A stretch of 64,000 nucleotides of DNA from the human T2T-CHM13v2.0 reference genome, Homo sapiens, in NCBI RefSeq assembly GCF_009914755.1, contig NC_060937.1; one strand, 5' to 3'. A model generated the notes under the pieces. The model was given only the letters and a program-made list of their open reading frames with translations. It was not told where the DNA came from and searched no databases. The position numbers were made by a program, and so were the translations under genes. Positions 58,235-64,000 of this stretch are shown one piece after another (positions within the stretch are counted from its first letter, which is position 1; every line of letters begins with the position of its first letter).

Positions 58235-58597
58235 TGTATAGTCTGTTCTCACGTTACTAATAAAGATATACCCAAGATTGGGTAATTTATAAAGGAAAGA
58301 GGTTTAATTGACTCACAGTTCCACATGGCTGGGGAGGCCTCACAATCATGGCAGAAGGCAAAGGAGGAGCAAAGTCACATCGTACATGACGGCAGGCAAG
58401 AGAGTGTGTGCAGGGGAACTCTCCTTTATTAAACCATCAGATCTCATGAGACGTACTCACTGTTATGAGAACAGCGTGGAAAAGACCTGCTCCCATAATT
58501 CAATTACCTCCTACCAGGTTTTTCCCACGAAACATGGGAATTATTGGAGCTACAGTTCAAGATGAGATTTGGGTGGGGACACAGCCAAACGATATCA
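58235..58597 (-). mobile_element. THE1 (C/D-like) solo LTR
   Basis: gggtaatttataaaggaaagaggtttaattgactcacagttccacatggctggggaggcctc...gagatttgggtggggacacagccaaacgatatca; TSD actgg/actag. Confidence 0.93.
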
Positions 58598-58692
58598 ACT
58601 AGTCTCTTATATTTCTTGGTATTAGATTTAGAGTTTGACATTTTATATTTTCGTCTTTAGTCTTTTTAACCATTTATCTCTGTAAAAAGTAA

Positions 58693-58915
58693 GGTAGAGG
58701 ATGCAAGAGCATAAGAATGACATAACGGACTTTGGAGGCTTGGGGGAAAGATTGGGAGTGGGGTGAGGGATAAAAGACCACATAATGTGTACAGTGTACA
58801 CTGCTTGGGTGACAGGTGCACTAAAATTTCAGAAAACACCACTAAAGAACTTATCCATGTAACCAAAAACCACCTGTACCCCCAAACTATTGAAATAAAA
58901 ATAAAAATTAAAAAA
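58693..58915 (+). mobile_element. L1PB/L1PA16-type 3' end
   Basis: cagtgtacactgcttgggtgacaggtgcactaaaatttcagaaaacaccactaaagaacttatccatgtaacc, then A-rich tail. Confidence 0.85.
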
Positions 58916-59424
58916 CAATTTAATGTAGAAATCCAGTGTTTCATTTTTCTCTTCAGATAGTAAATGTGTTTTCCCAACAACTTCTATAAAGCAGTTCTCA
59001 TTTCCCCATTGATTTGTGGTTTCACATATATCATATATTATGCCCCCATATTGAATCATAGCAATCTATGACTAGCCTTTGTTTTACATAATACCTTATA
59101 ATTGTAAATAGTTGTTACATACTAACTACAAATGTACAGTTTTTACACAAAAACGTTTAAAGACTATACAATTGATTTAAATCTCTGGCACCACTAGGAC
59201 AAAAATATCCCCGTATATGTTTTCCATAGAGCTCAAAATGTTTGAGTTATCCATGTCTTTTAAATGCTCTGATAACTAAAGTGAGCCAGAAGTCTGTACC
59301 TTGGAACACATAGTTAAAAGAATGTGCTCCATTCAATTCTTACAAGTTAGGTTAATAATTTTTTTTTCTTAAGAAAGATAACTTATGAGATACATGATTT
59401 TTAAAAATAATAGTTTCGCTAATT

Positions 59425-59580
59425 TTAGATTGTTAGTCACCAGATAAACCCAAGTTTAATTTTGGCTTCACCTCTTACTACCTGGGTAAATTTCTGAAAT
59501 CTTATGACCCTCAGTTTCCTTCACTGTAAAAAGGAAACAAAATAGCTGTTGCTTCATGTTGTAAGGAAAATGAAGACAAT
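59425..59580 (+). mobile_element. MIR
   Basis: ccctcagtttccttcactgtaaaaagg core. Confidence 0.6.
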
Positions 59581-61925
59581 AATGAGTGGAAATAGTAACT
59601 GACTAATCAGTCAAAATAAGAAACAGTGAATCAGTGGTAACTCAGCCCTAGGAAGAAGTGGTCTTTTTTCTCTTTCCTCTATTAGTTATTATTCACTTCA
59701 GAGTTCCACTGTGAAACAATTCTCAGTAGTAAACTGGTCTGTAAATGACAAAGGCAGATGTCTTGATAACAGCACTTTCTCTTTAGGAACAGCACAAACT
59801 TCCTGCCAAGCTTTGGGGAAGAAGATATTATTTGACTGACTTCATAACTGTTTTTGGCAGTGTTACAGGATTAAATTTTCCTATGGAAAATTGCCTAAGT
59901 CTTTAGTCTGAGGTGCTTGGTAAAATATGGTGATCAGCACCACTAATTTATAAAAATGTGTTCCCACATATTCCTATTACAGTGTTTTATTTTTGTTTTT
60001 GTTTAAAGGAAATTCCTTAGGTACTGCAGAAAGGTGGGTAAAATCATTCATTATCTTTGGTTCTTGTTTCTACAACCCTGTATTTTTTTGTTCAGTAGAT
60101 GATCCATAAATGTTCATTTACGAAATTTCTATGTACCCTAAGCTGTGATTATTAGAACACTCCTCCAAATACAATTTTAAATAGTTTTATTGTCAATATT
60201 GTTTAATGTAATAGTAAACACATTCTAATTTTTTTCATACACAGCTTTATGGTATTTCTACTATATATTTCTGGGGGTCCGTTTAATGCTAACTTTGAAC
60301 AGATATTTGGAGTATAGGTTGACGACTTAACAGCTCCTGACATAGCATGACCTTCATAAAATTAAAGCATGGATTGTCTAATATGGTATAAGTGGCCTTT
60401 TATTTAAATCTGAGTTGGAGGTACAGAGTCAATAATCACTGAGTATGAACCAAGTGTAATAACCCAAAGATGATGAGACAGTGTTTGCCCTTTATCAGAA
60501 TAAGGTTAAAACGGCTGTCAAGGTGACAGACGCTAATCAGTGAAACCTGAACAATTATGCCCAATAATCATTAAATGAAGACAGGGAACTAGACTCCTGG
60601 GAAAGCACAAGCATTTGGCAAAACACGATGTGCTTTTATTAAAAGAACCAGAGAGTTTGAAGTTGAAGGTGGTATCAAACTCAAAATGCAGTCAAATTTC
60701 TCAGTACTGCCCCTTAAAATAATAAAAGGGCTCACGTAAATATGATATGTCCACAAAACCTGCTACAGTAAAAAAAAGTATGTACGTTAGGAAAGTTAAT
60801 AATTTCATAGTCCTCTGGAGAGGCATGAATGCTTATTATCTTCTAAAATCCTTTATAAGAGATAATTTTATAGTATATAATTTTTCATATGTTGATCTTC
60901 ATAACATAGGCTCTATCTAGAGAAAATTCATAATTGTTCTTTATCTATTTGAGGTACAGTATAAGATGAAAAGTGAAGTACCATATCAGGATAAATTTTA
61001 CTCTAAGTGACTCTTATAACTGTCTAATAGGATTTCAAAAATTCTTCTACATAGTCTCATTAACAAAGACGTAGTCCAAAAATCATATCATCTGACTACA
61101 ATATTTTTAAGTAACTGAATAAATATGCAACATTTTTTAATATGAAATATTTTTCTTTGTACAAAATTAGGTTGAAAACAAAATTATTTTTCAAGTTATT
61201 AGGCTAAATTACCTTCTGAAATCTATGATATTGAAGTAGAAGGTGATTTTCCTTCAACTCCCATTGGCAAATTTTACTTTTTAATATGTCTGGCATTATA
61301 TTATTTTACATCACAGATAAACTGAACGTTGAACTTTTGGAAAAAAATGTTGAGGAAATAAGAGTAATAACTCTGCTATTATACACGGCATCCTTTCCTC
61401 TGCCTCACATGATTAGAAAAACATTAGTATTTCAATCCGTGTCCATTGTTGTAGTCATGCTAGAAATTAAGATAGAAGTAAAGGATGAGTATATAAATAT
61501 AAATACAATTAACTGAAGTTTTAGACAGAAATCAAAGCCTTCAACATAAGTTAGTATGATCATTTTTCTAGAGAACTATACTAGTGAAATCTGTAGCAAA
61601 GTAGAACTAATCTTTTATAACTTTTCTGCCTCATGCATTATTTCCCATTATATAAAGAAAATTCTTATATATAACAACTCAGCATTAAGTACTTCTGCTT
61701 GATTAAACAAAAATGTATATTTAGTAAATGATTGTGCCTTTGGAAAATTGAGATATTTTATAATTTTATAGTTGTAGTGGTACATCTGATTGCATTTTAC
61801 AGCGTATCATATTGTCTTTCATTCTCTATTACCATCATAGCCACCTGAGATGAAATCACCATCATCTCTCTGTTTCCTAATGGGCCTCCTAAAATTTATG
61901 TTTTCTCCATGAGAGTAATTGCTCT

Positions 61926-62271
<346 letters not shown>

Positions 62272-62306
62272 TCATTGATACATAAGAGTATCAATGTGTA
62301 AAAGTC

Positions 62307-62600
62307 TTTTTTTTTTTTGAGATGAAGTCTCACTCTGTTTTCCAGTCTGGAGTGAAGTGGCACAATTTCGACTCACTGCAACCTCTGCCTCTCAAGTTCA
62401 AGTGATTCTCCTGCCCCAGCCTCGCAAGTAGCTGGGATTACAAATGCCTGCCACCATGCCTGGCTAATTTTTGTATTTTTAGTACAGATGGGGTTTCACC
62501 ATGTTGGCCAGGCTGGTCTCCAACTCCTGGTCTCAGATGATCCTCCTGCCTTGACCTCTCAAAGTGCTCGGATTACAGGCATGAGCCACAGTGCCCCACC
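62307..62600 (-). mobile_element. Alu (AluSx/Sz-like)
   Basis: Antisense dimer; TSD core taaaagtcttt on both sides. Confidence 0.93.
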
Positions 62601-63014
62601 ACATATAAAAGTCTTTGTCTCACTAGTTTCAAGCCCCAAGTTCTTTCCATATACTTTTCCTGTCTATAAAGAGATTTTTCTATTTTTCCTCTCATATACC
62701 ATTGTCACCCTCCTACCCAGGTTTTTCATATGATGAAATATCATTTCTTGAGCGAAGTCATTACCCCCAAGCTTAGACTGGGTACCTTTATTTTATGGCC
62801 TCCCTGCACATTACACAGTTCCTTCATTGAACGTAGCACAACTTAAATTAAATAATGATTAGTATAATTATTGTTGGATATTTTATTAGCAGACCATAAG
62901 GTTAACAAGCGCAGCTCTTCGTTCTGTCCATTACTGCATACCTGCTGTCTAGCATATAGAAGTTCCCCAAAGATTATTACATGAATTTGCAATTCCTTTC
63001 CTCTCAGACATGCT

Positions 63015-63560
63015 AAAAGTAATCTGTTGCTGCCTAACAAGTTGCATACATAAACATAGTGGTTTAAGACAACAAATATTTATTATCTCATGATTTCTGT
63101 GGGTCAGGAATTCAGACACAACACTGACCTCTGGCACAGAGTCCCTCACAAGGCTATGATCACAGTATTTAACAGGATTGCAGTCATCTTCCATCTTAAC
63201 AGTAAGAAGGTCTATTCCATGAGTTAATTTACATGATTATTAGTATACAGGTTGTCCTGGGCTGAAGTCCCCAGCTCCTTGCTGGCTGTTGGCTGGAAGC
63301 TGACGTTCCATCTTTGGCACATGCGCTCCTTCCTCTGTAAGACACCTCTCACTGCTGCTATTTGCTTTACTAGTACAAGCAAGCGAGAAGAGCCTAACTG
63401 CCTAGAGCAGTCAACAAGTCAGTCTTTTATGACCCTGTCTAGACGTTACATCCCACCACTTTCACATTCTTTTTTTGGGTAGAAGCAAGTACCTAGGATG
63501 AACTCACACTCAAGAGGAGAAAATTATACAATGACGTGAATTCCAGGAGGGAAACATGTT
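63015..63560 (-). mobile_element. MLT1 (E-H type) LTR
   Basis: gttgctgcctaacaa...agtggtttaagacaacaaatatttattatctcatgatttctgtgggtcaggaattc. Confidence 0.75.
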
Positions 63561-63650
63561 TTTACCCTGGGTCATTTTGGCTTATGAGAATTATCTCCTG
63601 AACACACTTTACTCTCCAGTCAGCATTTCTTTTAAAATCTTTTAAAATTC

Positions 63651-63968
63651 TTTCTTTTCTTTCTTTTTTTTTTTTTGGAGGTGGAATGTATCTCTCTCAC
63701 CCAGGCTGTGTTGCAGTGGAGTGATCTGGGCTTACTGCAATCTGCAATATCCACCTCCCAGGTTCAAGCGATTCTCCTACCTCAACCTCCTGAGTAGTTG
63801 GGATTACAGGCACCCACCACCATGCACCCCCAGCTATTTTGTATTTTTAGTAGAGCCAGAGTTTCACCATGTTGGCCAGGCTGGTCTCTACCTCCTGACC
63901 TCAGGTGATCTGCCCCCCTCAGACTCCCAAAGTGCTGGGATTACAGGCATAAGCCACTGCACCCAGCC
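63651..63968 (-). mobile_element. Alu (AluSx/Sz-like)
   Basis: Antisense dimer; cctgacctcaggtgatc; TSD tcttttaaaattctt / tcttttaaagttctt. Confidence 0.93.
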
Positions 63969-64000
63969 TCTTTTAAAGTTCTTATTGCTCACTTCATACC

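Overview
AT-rich primate (Alu-bearing, probably human/catarrhine) non-coding DNA, most likely intergenic or deep intronic. No credible protein-coding gene, RNA gene, CRISPR array or CpG-island promoter is visible. The ORF-track hits are either chance ORFs or decayed transposon frames (L1 ORF2, MaLR internal, Alu). Much of the window is interspersed repeats: seven Alus plus a FLAM monomer, several L1 fragments (L1PA/PB, L1MA/MB, L1ME types), a two-LTR MSTA MaLR provirus, THE1/MST/MLT1/LTR16/LTR40-type LTRs, a near-complete Charlie1a, MER20, MIRs and L2s. Subfamily names come from recalled consensus motifs, not from a search. I did not find a new multi-component biological system. The most notable observations are structural: a ~275 bp nested AT-rich quasi-palindrome (882-1156), a perfect 20-bp inverted repeat (17158-17228), rearranged L1 copies (an internally deleted or possibly spliced mini-L1; an inverted 5'UTR fused to a 3' end; a cluster of 3'-truncated pieces), a closely spaced inverted Alu pair, and a few repeat-free, CpG-retaining or motif-dense segments that may be enhancers or lncRNA exons.
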